Assembly (NCBI GenBank): GCA_041550515.1
Contig: JBFEOQ010000002.1
Location: forward strand, 11,926-75,925
Source: Thermoplasmatota archaeon
GTDB lineage: Archaea > Thermoplasmatota > E2 > DHVEG-1
Direction of reading: 5' to 3'
Length of the DNA stretch: 64,000 bases
The translations under genes and the position numbers were made by a program. Positions 17,293-28,759 of the stretch are shown one piece after another. Position 1 is the stretch's first letter. Each line of letters begins with the position of its first letter. The notes under the pieces are model-generated. The model searched no databases. It saw only the letters and a list, made by a program, of their open reading frames with translations, and was not told the origin of the DNA.

Positions 17293-20043
17293 ATGACAAT
17301 TAAGGGTTATAACATGAGTGATTTTCTTAAAAAAGAATGCGACTTAAAATATTTTCATGATAATAAATATCTTCGGAAAAAATGTAAAAAATGTGGCGAT
17401 TTTTATTGGACTCTTGATAAAAAATCAGAATTATGCGGTGATCAACCCTGTGTACCTTTTAGTTTTATTGGAAAACCTCTAGGTAAAAAATCATTCAATC
17501 TATCTGATATACGTAATAGTTTTTTATCTTTTTTTGAAAAAAATAATCATTCAAGACTTTATTACCCTGAGACAGGTGAGCGTTGTCCAGTTGTTGCTCG
17601 ATGGCGTTCGGATATATATCTTACTATAGCATCTATTGCTGATTTTCAACCACATGTTACTTCAGGAGAAGTTCCCCCTCCTGCAAATCCTTTGGTTATC
17701 TCTCAACCCTGTATTCGCTTAAATGATTTGGAACAAGTTGGTATTAGTGGTCGTCATCTTACAACTTTTGAGATGATGGGTCATCATGCTTTTAATAAGA
17801 ATTTTAATGAAATTTATTTCAAAGAAGATACAGTTAGATTATGTAACGAATATTTTACAAATATGATTGGAATCCCAAAAGAGAAGATTAATTATAAGGA
17901 ACAGCTTTGGTTTGGTGGTGGAAATGCAGGACCTTGCCTTGAAGTTCTTGCAGGTGGTCTCGAAATTGCAACTCTAGTTTTTATGAATATGGTAAAAGAT
18001 TCTAAGGGTAGTTTTGAAATAAAAGGTTCTAATTATTCACCTAATCCTTTAAATATAGTTGATACTGGTTATGGCCTTGAACGTATTGCATGGTGTACAC
18101 AAGGTACAAAAACGATTTATGACTGTGTTTTTCCAGAAATAATAAAATGGATTGTAAAAAAATCAGAAGATAATTCAGATATGCAAAGTATTTACTCACT
18201 TGGTGATCATAGTAAATGTCTTTCCTTTATGTTAGGAGATGGAATTGTTCCATCAAATGTTAAAGCAGGTTATCTGGCTAGACTTATAATAAGGCGTTCT
18301 CTTCGTTTTTCTGAGAAAATAAAAATAGATGGTTCGCTAAAAGACATTGTTTTTATGCAACTAGATTTACTTGCAAAAAACTTCCCATCTCTTATAAAAA
18401 GAAAAAAGCAAATTGGAGAAATTCTTGATATCGAAACAAGACGTTATCATGATACTATTAAAAAAGGTAAAAACCTTGTAAAAAAAATTATTTTAGAGAA
18501 AAAAAATATTGATAAAAATGATCTTATTCTTTTATATGATACTCATGGAATGCAACCGGATATAGTAAAAAACATTGCAAAAGGGGAAAGAATATATATA
18601 AAAATACCAAAAAATTTTGAATCAATGGTTGCTGAACTTCATTCATATGAAACAGATGAAGAAGAAAACCCTAATGAGGAAATAAATTTACCATCATCTG
18701 AAAAACTTTATTATAAGGATCATTATACAAAAAACTTTAATGCAGAGGTTCTCTGGACTAATAAGACAGAGAGTGGTTTTGAAGTGGTTCTTGATAAAAC
18801 TGCTTTTTATCCTGAAGGTGGTGGACAACCAAGTGATATTGGATTTCTTTCAAATAATGGAAAAAAATATCGTGTAAATCATGTAAAAAAGCAAGATAAT
18901 GCAATAATTCATGAAGTTAAGGGTAGTCTAAATGTCGGGGATAAAGTTTTTGGTGAAATAGACTGGGAGAATAGGTATAGTCTTATGCGTCATCATACAG
19001 GGACACATGTTGTAAACGGGGCTCTGAGAAAATTGCTTGGAGAACATATCTGGCAGGCAGGTTCACAACTTTTACCTGAAAATGCACGTTTTGATTTTGC
19101 TCATTATTCATCTATATCTAATGATCAAATGAAAAAAATAGAAGAATTAGCAAATGATTTTGTGAAAAAAAAATTAAATGTAAAAAAACTTGTATTGGAT
19201 AGAAATTCTGCTGAAAAAATATATGGTTTTAGACTTTATCAAGGTGGTGTCCCCCCTGGAAATTGTATACGTGTTCTTGATATACCTGGTGTAGATTTTG
19301 AAGCTTGTGGAGGTACACATTTAAATAATATTGGTGAAATTGTAAAAATTAAAATTATTAAAATTGAGCGTATTCAGGACGGCGTCAACAGAGTTATTTT
19401 TGTTGCAGGTAAAATGGTTGATATATATCAAAAAGAAGAAAAAGAGATTTATCAAAACTTAATTAATATTTTAAAACCATTTTATGAAATAAAGGATAGT
19501 TTAAATATTTCAGAGGAGCTTAGAAAGGTAACTGATGTTTATTCTGTACCTATTGATCAATTAGATAAAACATTTGAACGTTTTTTAAAAGAATCAAAAA
19601 TTAAAACTCATAAAAATGTTAAGAACTTATTAGATGCAGCAAACGATCTTTTCTTAGAATGGAAGAAACAACAAAAAAATAAGAAAAAAGTTACAATTAA
19701 TGATATAAATAATTATATTAAATCAGCAGAGATTGTTCCTGGTACAGATTATAAGATTATTGCTGATAAAACAAATTTAGATGCCTTTGCTATCTCAGGT
19801 GCTATTGTAAAAAATTCTGGATATATAGTTCATATTTTTGATGGTAAAAAACTTGTATCTATGGCCTCTGAAAATATTGATATTGATTTACGAGAAATAG
19901 CACCAGAATTAGGTAAAATACTTGGTGGTAGTGGTGGTGGTAGACGACGTATGACACAATGTGGTGGGCCAAATATTGATAAAATAGACTCTGCGTTAAA
20001 AACAGCAAAACAACTTACTAAGAAAAAATTGTTAACAAATTAA
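17293..20043 (+). CDS. alaS: Alanine--tRNA ligase, archaeal type
   Basis: 916 aa. N-terminal zinc-ribbon-like KKCKKCGDFYWT, the editing-domain motifs HTGTH and CGGTH, and a C-terminal DHHA1-like GGSGGGRRRMTQCGG. Confidence 0.95.
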   Translation: MTIKGYNMSDFLKKECDLKYFHDNKYLRKKCKKCGDFYWTLDKKSELCGDQPCVPFSFIGKPLGKKSFNLSDIRNSFLSFFEKNNHSRLYYPETGERCPVVARWRSDIYLTIASIADFQPHVTSGEVPPPANPLVISQPCIRLNDLEQVGISGRHLTTFEMMGHHAFNKNFNEIYFKEDTVRLCNEYFTNMIGIPKEKINYKEQLWFGGGNAGPCLEVLAGGLEIATLVFMNMVKDSKGSFEIKGSNYSPNPLNIVDTGYGLERIAWCTQGTKTIYDCVFPEIIKWIVKKSEDNSDMQSIYSLGDHSKCLSFMLGDGIVPSNVKAGYLARLIIRRSLRFSEKIKIDGSLKDIVFMQLDLLAKNFPSLIKRKKQIGEILDIETRRYHDTIKKGKNLVKKIILEKKNIDKNDLILLYDTHGMQPDIVKNIAKGERIYIKIPKNFESMVAELHSYETDEEENPNEEINLPSSEKLYYKDHYTKNFNAEVLWTNKTESGFEVVLDKTAFYPEGGGQPSDIGFLSNNGKKYRVNHVKKQDNAIIHEVKGSLNVGDKVFGEIDWENRYSLMRHHTGTHVVNGALRKLLGEHIWQAGSQLLPENARFDFAHYSSISNDQMKKIEELANDFVKKKLNVKKLVLDRNSAEKIYGFRLYQGGVPPGNCIRVLDIPGVDFEACGGTHLNNIGEIVKIKIIKIERIQDGVNRVIFVAGKMVDIYQKEEKEIYQNLINILKPFYEIKDSLNISEELRKVTDVYSVPIDQLDKTFERFLKESKIKTHKNVKNLLDAANDLFLEWKKQQKNKKKVTINDINNYIKSAEIVPGTDYKIIADKTNLDAFAISGAIVKNSGYIVHIFDGKKLVSMASENIDIDLREIAPELGKILGGSGGGRRRMTQCGGPNIDKIDSALKTAKQLTKKKLLTN

Positions 20044-20060
20044 ATTTTGTTTTTTTTTGC

Positions 20061-20234
20061 TTATGGTTTTAAAGGCCATATAACATGTACAGCAGCAACA
20101 ATTACAATGGTTGCAATGCACATTACTGTAACGAGCCATGGTGGTATTTTTAAACTTGTTTTTTCTTCTGCATCAAAGTAACGTATAAGTCCTGCAGCAG
20201 AGTGAAATCCTTCACCTTTTTTGTCTTTTGCCAT
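20061..20234 (-). CDS. Preprotein translocase subunit Sec61beta
   Basis: Hand translation: MAKDKKGEGFHSAAGLIRYFDAEEKTSLKIPPWLVTVMCIATIVIVAAVHVIWPLKP. SAGLIRYFD signature plus a tail-anchor TM. Under 60 aa. Confidence 0.85.
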   Translation of the reverse strand: MAKDKKGEGFHSAAGLIRYFDAEEKTSLKIPPWLVTVMCIATIVIVAAVHVIWPLKP

Positions 20235-20336
20235 AATTCTTCAAAAACAAGATACTTTTTCTGTATTTTAGCTTTACTGTCATTGCAAACATCTAAATAT
20301 ACTTTTTATATTCCTTTTTCTACGGGTGTTAAGTTT

Positions 20337-20906
20337 ATGAAAGAGGTAGAATCACTTATTAAGAAAGCTTTAAAATATAGGGAGAGTGGACTTACTGAAC
20401 ATGAAATCTCAGAAGAGTTAAATGTATCAAAGGAAACGACTGCATGGCTTCTTAGTAAGGGTAAAGAAAAAAAACCTATTGGTGATGTTAAAATAGGTTG
20501 GCGTTCAATTGGCGTATTTCCCTCTAGAATTGGTTTTATTTCAGATGCTCTTTGTGATATCATACTTGAGGAATGTGAAGAAGTAGATACAATAGTTGGT
20601 ATTGCAATCAATGGTATTCCTTTTTCAAGTTTTGTTGCAGATAAACTTGGTCTTGAAATGGCAGTTTTTAGACCTCATTCAGAAAAATCGGGTTCTTTTT
20701 CATCTAATTATGCCAGTGTAAAAGAAAAAAATGTTGTTTTTGTTGATGATGTTTTAGGGAGTGGAGAAACCTTTAAAGCTGCAATAAAAGCTGCAAAATC
20801 AGAAAAGGCAAAACCAGTGCTTTGTGTCGCAATTATAAATAAAACATCTGCTAATAAGATCGCGGATGTCCCTCTTCGAGCATTATTTAGAACCAGAATT
20901 TTATAA
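20337..20906 (+). CDS. Orotate-PRTase-like protein with N-terminal HTH (PyrE-like/GfcR-type putative regulator)
   Basis: HTH-like GLTEHEISEELNVSKETTAWLL followed by a PRPP-binding loop VVFVDDVLGSGET. The ATG at 20337 is preferred; the track's extension from 20202 overlaps Sec61beta antisense. Confidence 0.75.
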   Translation: MKEVESLIKKALKYRESGLTEHEISEELNVSKETTAWLLSKGKEKKPIGDVKIGWRSIGVFPSRIGFISDALCDIILEECEEVDTIVGIAINGIPFSSFVADKLGLEMAVFRPHSEKSGSFSSNYASVKEKNVVFVDDVLGSGETFKAAIKAAKSEKAKPVLCVAIINKTSANKIADVPLRALFRTRIL

Positions 20907-20931
20907 GAAAAATTTTTTGGAGAATAGTCTA

Positions 20932-22482
20932 ATGCACTGGGCTGATGTTTTAGCTGAAGAATTGCTAAAGGTAGATAAAAAACATGTTCTAGCAACTGGA
21001 ATAACACCTTCGGGTCCAATACATGTTGGAAATATGCGTGAGGTTCTTACAACTGATGCTGTATACCGAAGAATTTTAAAAAAAAAGGGAAATGCAGAAT
21101 TAATTTATATTGCAGATGATTTTGATAATCTTAGAAAAGTTTATCCTTTCCTTCCTAAAACTTATGAGAAACATATTGGAAAACCCTTATCAGATATTCC
21201 TTGTCCATGTAATAAACATAAAAATTATGCTGAACACTATCTTACAATTTTTTTAGATTCCTTAAAGGAGCTTGGAGTTAATCCAACTGTCTACAAAGCA
21301 AGTGAAATGTATAAAACTGGTATGTATAGAGAATCTATACAAATTGCACTTGAAAATACAGAAAAAATACGTGAAATAATAGAGAAAATATCAAAAAGAA
21401 AACTACCAAAAAAATGGGTACCATTTAATATTTGCTGTGAGAACTGTGGAAAAATTACTTCAGCAGAACCAATATTATATTACTATCCATATTTAGAGTA
21501 TATGTGTAATTGTGGATATGAAGGAAAAGCGGATATAACTAAAGGAGGAATAGGAAAATTACCTTGGAGAATAGACTGGCCTGCTCGCTGGAAAATACTT
21601 AAAGTAACTTTTGAACCTTTTGGAAAAGACCATGGAACTGTTGGTGGAACACATGATACAGGGGTCGTAATTGCAAAAGATATATTTAATTATACACCTC
21701 CAAAATATATTATGTATGAATTTATTCTTTTAAAGGGGAAAGGAGCAATGCATAGTTCCAAGGGGACAGCACTTTCTGCAGATGAAATGCTTAAAATAAC
21801 ACCACCAGAAGTTTTGAGATTTTTACTTATGAGTAATCAACCAAATAAGCATATTCAATTTGACCCGGGTCTTGGTATTTTAAATCTTGTAGATGAATAT
21901 GATCAACAAGAAAGAGCGTATTTTAAAATAGAAGAAGAAATCAAAGGAACAAAAGACCTTAATGAAACATATGAGCTATCTCAACCAAATGAAATCCCTA
22001 AGAAAATACCATTTCAACTACCTTATCGTCATCTTGTAACACTACTTCAAATAGGTAAAAACTGGGAAGATATAAATACAATCTTAATCAGAACAAATCA
22101 GATACCAAAACAATTAAATAAAGAAGAGGAAGAACACTTAAAACAACGTGCATTACATGTTAAATATTGGCTTGAAAACTATGCACCAGATGTTATAAAA
22201 TTCAAAGTTAAAAAACAATTACCTAAAATAGATTTAAATACTGATCAAAAAAATTATCTTAAAAAATTATATAAAAAACTACCAGATATAATATGGGAAG
22301 CAGAAAACATTCATAATGATATATATGTTATATCAGAAAAAGAAAAAATACCAATTAAAACTGCTTTTACTACAATTTATCAGATAATTTTAGGCCAAGA
22401 AAAAGGACCTCGTGCAGGATTCTTTTTATCAAATTTAGATAAAGATTTTGTGATAAAAAGAGTCAAAGAAGCAATTAAATAG
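20932..22482 (+). CDS. lysK: Lysine--tRNA ligase, class I
   Basis: PSGPIHVGNMRE (HIGH-like) and MHSSKG (KMSKS-like). An archaeal hallmark. Start moved to MHWADVLAEEL. Confidence 0.92.
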   Translation: MHWADVLAEELLKVDKKHVLATGITPSGPIHVGNMREVLTTDAVYRRILKKKGNAELIYIADDFDNLRKVYPFLPKTYEKHIGKPLSDIPCPCNKHKNYAEHYLTIFLDSLKELGVNPTVYKASEMYKTGMYRESIQIALENTEKIREIIEKISKRKLPKKWVPFNICCENCGKITSAEPILYYYPYLEYMCNCGYEGKADITKGGIGKLPWRIDWPARWKILKVTFEPFGKDHGTVGGTHDTGVVIAKDIFNYTPPKYIMYEFILLKGKGAMHSSKGTALSADEMLKITPPEVLRFLLMSNQPNKHIQFDPGLGILNLVDEYDQQERAYFKIEEEIKGTKDLNETYELSQPNEIPKKIPFQLPYRHLVTLLQIGKNWEDINTILIRTNQIPKQLNKEEEEHLKQRALHVKYWLENYAPDVIKFKVKKQLPKIDLNTDQKNYLKKLYKKLPDIIWEAENIHNDIYVISEKEKIPIKTAFTTIYQIILGQEKGPRAGFFLSNLDKDFVIKRVKEAIK

Positions 22483-22509
22483 TAATTTATCTTAAAAATG
22501 TTATAAAAA

Positions 22510-23760
22510 ATGAAATTCTACTTTGAAGTTTATGGTTGCACTGCAAACAAGGCAGATTCAAGTCTTATAAAAGGAATTTTACAAGAAAATAATTATGAAA
22601 TTGTAAAAAATCTAGATGATGCTGATTTTATTATAATTCTTACATGTACAGTTATTGATAAAACAGAGCAACGAATGCTTTCACTTCTTAAAAAATTAAA
22701 AGCATATGATAAAAAAATTATAGTTGCAGGTTGTATGGCAAGTATTCAAAAAGAAAAAATTATAAAAATATTACCAAATGCAAAATTTTTACCACCAAAA
22801 TATTCTCATCATATAATAGATATAATAGAAAACAAAAAGATAACTTTTATAGATAAAGATAAAACGTTTTTTCCCAGGAAATTTGATGAGGTAACTGCCC
22901 CTATTGCTATAGCTGAAGGATGTAAATTTTCTTGTTCTTACTGTATAACAACACATGCAAGAGGGCAACTTAGAAGTTATTCAATAAGAGGAATTAAAAA
23001 AAATATTTATCTTGCATTAAAAAGCGGCTGTAAAGAAATTCAATTAACAGCTCAAGATACGAGTTCTTATGGTATTGATAAAAAAACGAATCTTGGTATA
23101 CTCCTAATGAATGTTACACAAATTAATCAAGATTTTTATATTCGTGTTGGAATGATGAACCCTTATACTTGTCTAATAAATTTAAATTCAATTATCAGTA
23201 GTTTTAATAATAAAAAGATTTACAAATTTATTCATCTCCCTGTTCAATCAGGTGATAATCAAATCCTTAAAAAAATGAATAGAAAATATACAGTTCAAGA
23301 TTATGAAAAAATTGTATATAACTTTAGAAAAAAATATACTGATATCACCATTGCCACAGATGTAATAGTAGGTTTTCCAGGTGAAACTGAAAAACAATTT
23401 AAAAATACAATTGATTTAATTAAAAAAATAAAACCAGATATCACAAATATCACTCGTTTTTCTGCAAGACCCAATACTAAAGCAAAAATTATGGAAGGAC
23501 GAAAAAATACTGAAATTTCAAAACAAAGATCAAAATTTTTAACTGAAATATGTAGTGAAATTTCATTTGAACAAAATAAAAAATATATTGGTAGAAAATA
23601 TAAAATTTTAATAACTGAAATTGGTAAAAAAAATTCAGTAATAGGAAGAACTGAAAATTATAAACCTGTTGTATTGAAAGATAATTTACACATTGGAACT
23701 TTTAAAAACGTTAAAATCAAGGATGCCGCATCAACACATCTTTTCGCAAGTCTTATATAA
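22510..23760 (+). CDS. Radical-SAM methylthiotransferase, archaeal MiaB-like (MtaB/CDKAL1 type)
   Basis: N-terminal UPF0004 region (FEVYGCTANKADS), a radical-SAM CKFSCSYC motif, and a C-terminal TRAM-like region. Confidence 0.88.
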   Translation: MKFYFEVYGCTANKADSSLIKGILQENNYEIVKNLDDADFIIILTCTVIDKTEQRMLSLLKKLKAYDKKIIVAGCMASIQKEKIIKILPNAKFLPPKYSHHIIDIIENKKITFIDKDKTFFPRKFDEVTAPIAIAEGCKFSCSYCITTHARGQLRSYSIRGIKKNIYLALKSGCKEIQLTAQDTSSYGIDKKTNLGILLMNVTQINQDFYIRVGMMNPYTCLINLNSIISSFNNKKIYKFIHLPVQSGDNQILKKMNRKYTVQDYEKIVYNFRKKYTDITIATDVIVGFPGETEKQFKNTIDLIKKIKPDITNITRFSARPNTKAKIMEGRKNTEISKQRSKFLTEICSEISFEQNKKYIGRKYKILITEIGKKNSVIGRTENYKPVVLKDNLHIGTFKNVKIKDAASTHLFASLI

Positions 23761-24840
<1,080 letters not shown>

Positions 24841-24906
24841 TTTTGTATTTTATAGAATTGTTTAAATAAACACTTTTTAATAACATATGCTTGGAGGTTA
24901 AAGCTT

Positions 24907-26145
24907 ATGAAGGGATATAATACAATTGATGATTTTAAATTAGAAAATAAAACTGTTTTATTACGAGTGGATTTTAATTTACCTCTTGATAAAAAAACAT
25001 TAGAAATAATTGATATCACTCGTATTAAGAGAGTATTACCAACAATAAAAGAATTAATTAATAAAAATGCAAAAATAGTAATTATTGCTCATCAGGGGCG
25101 GAGAGGTGACTGGGATTTTACAGATATGAAAAAACATGCAGAAGCTTTAGAAAAACTAATCGGTAAAAATGTAAAATTCATTGATGATATTTTTGGTATA
25201 AAAGCAAGAACATCTATTAAAAGTATGAAACAAGGGGATGTTATAATGCTTGATAATGTTCGTAAATATAAAAATGAAACAGAGAAAAAAACGCCTGAAG
25301 AACATGCGCAATCTGAATTAATACAGAATCTATATCCACTGGCTGATTTTTTTATAAATGATGCATTTGCAGCAGCGCATAGAAAACAATGTAGTCTTAC
25401 CGGCTTTACAACTGTTCTTCCTTCTGCTGCTGGTCGTCTTATGCAAAAAGAACTTGAAACTCTTAGTAAAATCGTTGCTAATCCTGAAAAACCGTCTGTT
25501 TTTTTATTTGGTGGTGCAAAATTTTCTGATGTGATAATTACTATAGATCGTCTTCTTGAAAATAAAACCGCAGATAAAATAATACTTACTGGTTTACCTG
25601 CAAATGCATTTCTCAAAGCAGAAGGTATACAACTTGGTGATAAAAATGAAGAAACTCTATCAAAAGAAGGAACGCCTGATAACTATCAAGAAATAAAAAA
25701 AATATTGACAAAATATAAAGATAATATATGTCTACCTTTAGATTTTGCTCAACAAACTAATACCTTAAGAAATGAAATAGATATTTCTAGCCTTCCAACA
25801 CAGTATAATTTATTTGACATTGGTAAAAAAACCATTGATAATTTTAAGAATATAATATCTAATGCAAAAACTGTATTTTTATCAGGACCATGTGGTGTTT
25901 TTGAAAACCCAGCTTTTATGAAAGGAACTAAAGAAATTTTTACTCATGTTGCAAACTTAGATGTTTTTTCAATTGTTGGAGGAGGTCATACTGTTGCTGC
26001 TGTCGAAAAACTAGGTCTCGAAAATAAAATTTCTCATATAAGTACTGGTGGTGGATCGCTTGAAAAATTTATGATGGGTGAAAAACTACCTGCTGTTGAA
26101 GCATTAAAAAATGCAAAAAATAGAAATAAAAAAATAGATTATTAG
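24907..26145 (+). CDS. pgk: Phosphoglycerate kinase
   Basis: LLRVDFNLPLD, NDAFAAAHR and STGGGSLEKF motifs. Immediately downstream of gap. Confidence 0.92.
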   Translation: MKGYNTIDDFKLENKTVLLRVDFNLPLDKKTLEIIDITRIKRVLPTIKELINKNAKIVIIAHQGRRGDWDFTDMKKHAEALEKLIGKNVKFIDDIFGIKARTSIKSMKQGDVIMLDNVRKYKNETEKKTPEEHAQSELIQNLYPLADFFINDAFAAAHRKQCSLTGFTTVLPSAAGRLMQKELETLSKIVANPEKPSVFLFGGAKFSDVIITIDRLLENKTADKIILTGLPANAFLKAEGIQLGDKNEETLSKEGTPDNYQEIKKILTKYKDNICLPLDFAQQTNTLRNEIDISSLPTQYNLFDIGKKTIDNFKNIISNAKTVFLSGPCGVFENPAFMKGTKEIFTHVANLDVFSIVGGGHTVAAVEKLGLENKISHISTGGGSLEKFMMGEKLPAVEALKNAKNRNKKIDY

Positions 26146-26202
26146 ATTTATAGAGCTAATTTCAAATAATATTTTATCTTTTCTTGTATTTATATATATC
26201 AT

Positions 26203-26275
26203 GGGCTGGTAGATCAGCCGGAAGATTGCTACCTTCGCAAGGTAGAGGCCGCGGGTTCAAATCCCGCCCAGTCCA
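26203..26275 (+). tRNA. tRNA-Ala(CGC)
   Basis: Hand-folded 73-nt cloverleaf. Acceptor GGGCTGG/CCAGTCC has G3:U70, the anticodon loop is TTCGCAA, the T-arm is GCGGG-TTCAAAT-CCCGC, and the discriminator is A. No encoded CCA. Confidence 0.9.
26261..26275 (+). repeat. Direct repeat copy 1 (tRNA-Ala 3' end, att-like)
   Basis: atcCCGCCCAGTCCA. The 12-nt core at 26264-26275 is repeated exactly at 33631-33642. Confidence 0.7.
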
Positions 26276-26314
26276 TCGTAATATTTAAATATTTAAATTA
26301 AATTATATTTATTG

Positions 26315-26572
26315 ATGTCTGAAGTAGAAATATTCAAGGCTTTAGCTGATTCTACAAGATTAAAAATACTTGAATGTATAAAAGATGAAGAAAAATGTAT
26401 CTGTGAAGTTATACCGTATACTGGTAAATCTCAACCAAATGTATCTTTGCATCTTAAAGTTTTAAAACAAGCAGGTTTAGTTAACGAGCGTAAAGATGGA
26501 ACCAGAATAATGCTTAGTATTGCTGACAAGAATATTTTTAAACTTATTGATTTAACTAAAAAATTTAAGTGA
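26315..26572 (+). CDS. arsR: ArsR-family metalloregulator
   Basis: ALADSTRLKILECI...EKCICEV (CxC metalloid site) followed by a winged HTH. First gene of the ars cluster. Confidence 0.85.
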   Translation: MSEVEIFKALADSTRLKILECIKDEEKCICEVIPYTGKSQPNVSLHLKVLKQAGLVNERKDGTRIMLSIADKNIFKLIDLTKKFK

Positions 26573-26577
26573 ATCAT

Positions 26578-27690
26578 ATGCAGTTTATTGACATATTTAT
26601 TGCAGGTTTAAATGCATTAAAAGAATATCTCTCAGCACATGTATTAACATGTTTGATACCTGCTTTTTTTATTGCTGGTGCAATAGCTGTATTTGTATCA
26701 AAACAATCAGTATTGAAGTATTTTGGTGCTAAGACTAAAAAATATATTTCTTATCCTGTAGCTGCAGTTTCTGGTAGCATTCTTGCTGTTTGTAGCTGTA
26801 CAGTTCTACCTTTGTTTGCTAGTATTCATAAACGTGGTGCAGGTATAGGTCCTGCTTCTGCTTTTCTGTTTTCTGGTCCTGCGATAAACATTCTTGCTAT
26901 TGTTCTTACTGCCCAGGTTCTTGGTTATGATATTGGTCTGGCAAGAGCAATTGCCGCAATTATTATGGCCATATGTATTGGTTTGCTAATGGCATTTATT
27001 TTTAGAAAAGAAGAAACCGAGAAAAAAAATGATAATAATATTTTTACAGGTCAAACAGCTGAGGAAAAAAATATTCGTCCTGTTTGGATTTCTTTGTTGT
27101 TTTTAGTTTTGCTTGTTTTAATTCTGGTTATTGGTGCTGCTAGTACAAGTTATATTCCTTGGATTCCAAAATTTGCTATTGTTTATTTTTTAACTCTTGT
27201 TGTTTCAGTTATTCTTATTTTTTATTATACTCGTGATGAGGTTAAAAACTGGGGTATGGAAACCTGGGGTCTTTTTAAAAAGATTTTTCCTATTCTTCTC
27301 ATTGGTGTTTTTATTGTTGGCATAATCGGTGGTGTTGCTGCTTATTTTATACATAATGCAGATCCTTCTAATGCTCTTGGTGTTGCTGCTGCACCTTATA
27401 TCGGTGGTAATAATATTTTTTCATGTTTCCTTGCATCTATTATTGGTGCTATTTTGTATATGCCTACATTGCTTGAGGTTGCCATTGTTGGAAATTTGTT
27501 TGGTTATAGCGCTGGTATTATGGGTGGTGGTCCTGCTCTTGCTTTGTTACTTGCTGGTCCTTCTTTGAGTCTTCCTAACATGGTTGTTATTACTAGAGTT
27601 ATGGGTGCGAAAAAAGCTCTTGCATATTTTCTACTGGTGATTGTTATCGCTGCTCTTGTTGGTTTTATTTATGGTATTATTACAGGTTGA
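26578..27690 (+). CDS. arsP: COG0701 permease, ArsP-like (putative organoarsenical efflux)
   Basis: Polytopic membrane protein with AVCSCTVLPLF (a CxC pair in a TM helix), located between arsR and acr3. An alternative GTG start at 26569 overlaps the arsR stop. Confidence 0.65.
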   Translation: MQFIDIFIAGLNALKEYLSAHVLTCLIPAFFIAGAIAVFVSKQSVLKYFGAKTKKYISYPVAAVSGSILAVCSCTVLPLFASIHKRGAGIGPASAFLFSGPAINILAIVLTAQVLGYDIGLARAIAAIIMAICIGLLMAFIFRKEETEKKNDNNIFTGQTAEEKNIRPVWISLLFLVLLVLILVIGAASTSYIPWIPKFAIVYFLTLVVSVILIFYYTRDEVKNWGMETWGLFKKIFPILLIGVFIVGIIGGVAAYFIHNADPSNALGVAAAPYIGGNNIFSCFLASIIGAILYMPTLLEVAIVGNLFGYSAGIMGGGPALALLLAGPSLSLPNMVVITRVMGAKKALAYFLLVIVIAALVGFIYGIITG

Positions 27691-27697
27691 AATTAAT

Positions 27698-28759
27698 ATG
27701 ATTAAAAAAGAAAGAACGCTTGGATTATTTGAAAAATATCTTACAGTTTGGGTAGTTCTTTGTATAATAATTGGTATTATCTTTGGTAGATTATTTCCAG
27801 GTGTTGCTGATTTTTTAAATAGTCTGCAATATTATCGGGTTTCAATTCCAATTGCTATTGCTCTTTTTTTTATGATTTATCCAATTATGGTGCAGATTGA
27901 TTTTAGGAAAGTAGTTGAAGCTGGAAAAACACCGAAACCTGTTGCTCTAACTCTTATTGTGAATTGGTTGATTAAACCTTTTACTATGGCGTTTTTTGCT
28001 TGGTTGTTTATGAGTATTATTTTTTCTCAGTTTCTAGATACTGAACTTGCAACAAGTTATACAGCAGGTATGATACTTTTAGGTGTTGCTCCTTGTACTG
28101 CTATGGTTCTTGTTTGGAGTTATCTTTCAAAGGGAAATATGGGTCATACACTTGTGATGGTTGCGATTAACTCACTTGCTATGTTGTTTTTATATGCTCC
28201 ACTTGCTGGGATTCTATTGGGTGTTACAAATATTGTTGTTCCTTGGCAGACTATTGGTTTATCAGTTGGTATTTATGTTGGTATTCCTCTTTTTGCAGGA
28301 TATGTTTCAAGGGTGCAATTATTGAAAAAGAAAGGTGAAAAGTGGTTTGAAAAATCTTTTGCTCCATCTTTGCATTATATTGCTATTGTTGCTCTTTTAA
28401 TTACTTTGGTTTTGTTGTTTAGTTTACAGGGGAATATTATTGTTGAGCAGCCTTTAATAATTGCATTGATTTTTGTTCCTTTGTTTATTCAAAATCAGGT
28501 TATTTTCTGGATAACTTATCTGGCGGCTAAAGTTATTGGGTTGAAATATGAAGATGCAGCACCATCTGCACAAATTGGTGCTAGTAATCATTTTGAGGTA
28601 GCAATCGCAGTTGCTATAATGCTATTTGGTTTATCATCAGGTGCGGCTCTTGCAACAGTTGTTGGAGTATTAATGGAGGTTCCTGTAATGTTATTGTTGG
28701 TGAAGGTTAGTTTAAAAACTCAACATTGGTTTGTTAAACAGGAGGTTTCTAAATCATGA
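27698..28759 (+). CDS. acr3: Arsenite efflux transporter ACR3
   Basis: LGVAPCTAMVLVW signature with about 10 TM helices. Start moved to MIKKERTLGLFEKYLTVWV. Confidence 0.9.
   Translation: MIKKERTLGLFEKYLTVWVVLCIIIGIIFGRLFPGVADFLNSLQYYRVSIPIAIALFFMIYPIMVQIDFRKVVEAGKTPKPVALTLIVNWLIKPFTMAFFAWLFMSIIFSQFLDTELATSYTAGMILLGVAPCTAMVLVWSYLSKGNMGHTLVMVAINSLAMLFLYAPLAGILLGVTNIVVPWQTIGLSVGIYVGIPLFAGYVSRVQLLKKKGEKWFEKSFAPSLHYIAIVALLITLVLLFSLQGNIIVEQPLIIALIFVPLFIQNQVIFWITYLAAKVIGLKYEDAAPSAQIGASNHFEVAIAVAIMLFGLSSGAALATVVGVLMEVPVMLLLVKVSLKTQHWFVKQEVSKS

Noticed and set aside
20202-20336. N-terminal extensions proposed by the track. The set is 20202 for the PRTase-like gene, 20866 for lysK, 33746 for cobA, 49997 for tal, 47117 for rpoN, 49922 for AbrB, 27641 for acr3 and 55751 for the small membrane protein.
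   Set aside because: The extensions overlap neighbouring genes or translate to hydrophobic or low-complexity junk. Internal ATGs coincide with the conserved family N-termini, often with an SD upstream.
27329-27568. Same-strand alternative-frame ORFs rich in Leu/Val inside arsP (also 30640-30888 inside the TlpA-CcdA gene)
   Set aside because: They are frame-shifted readings of T-rich membrane-protein codons. The main frames carry the conserved motifs.
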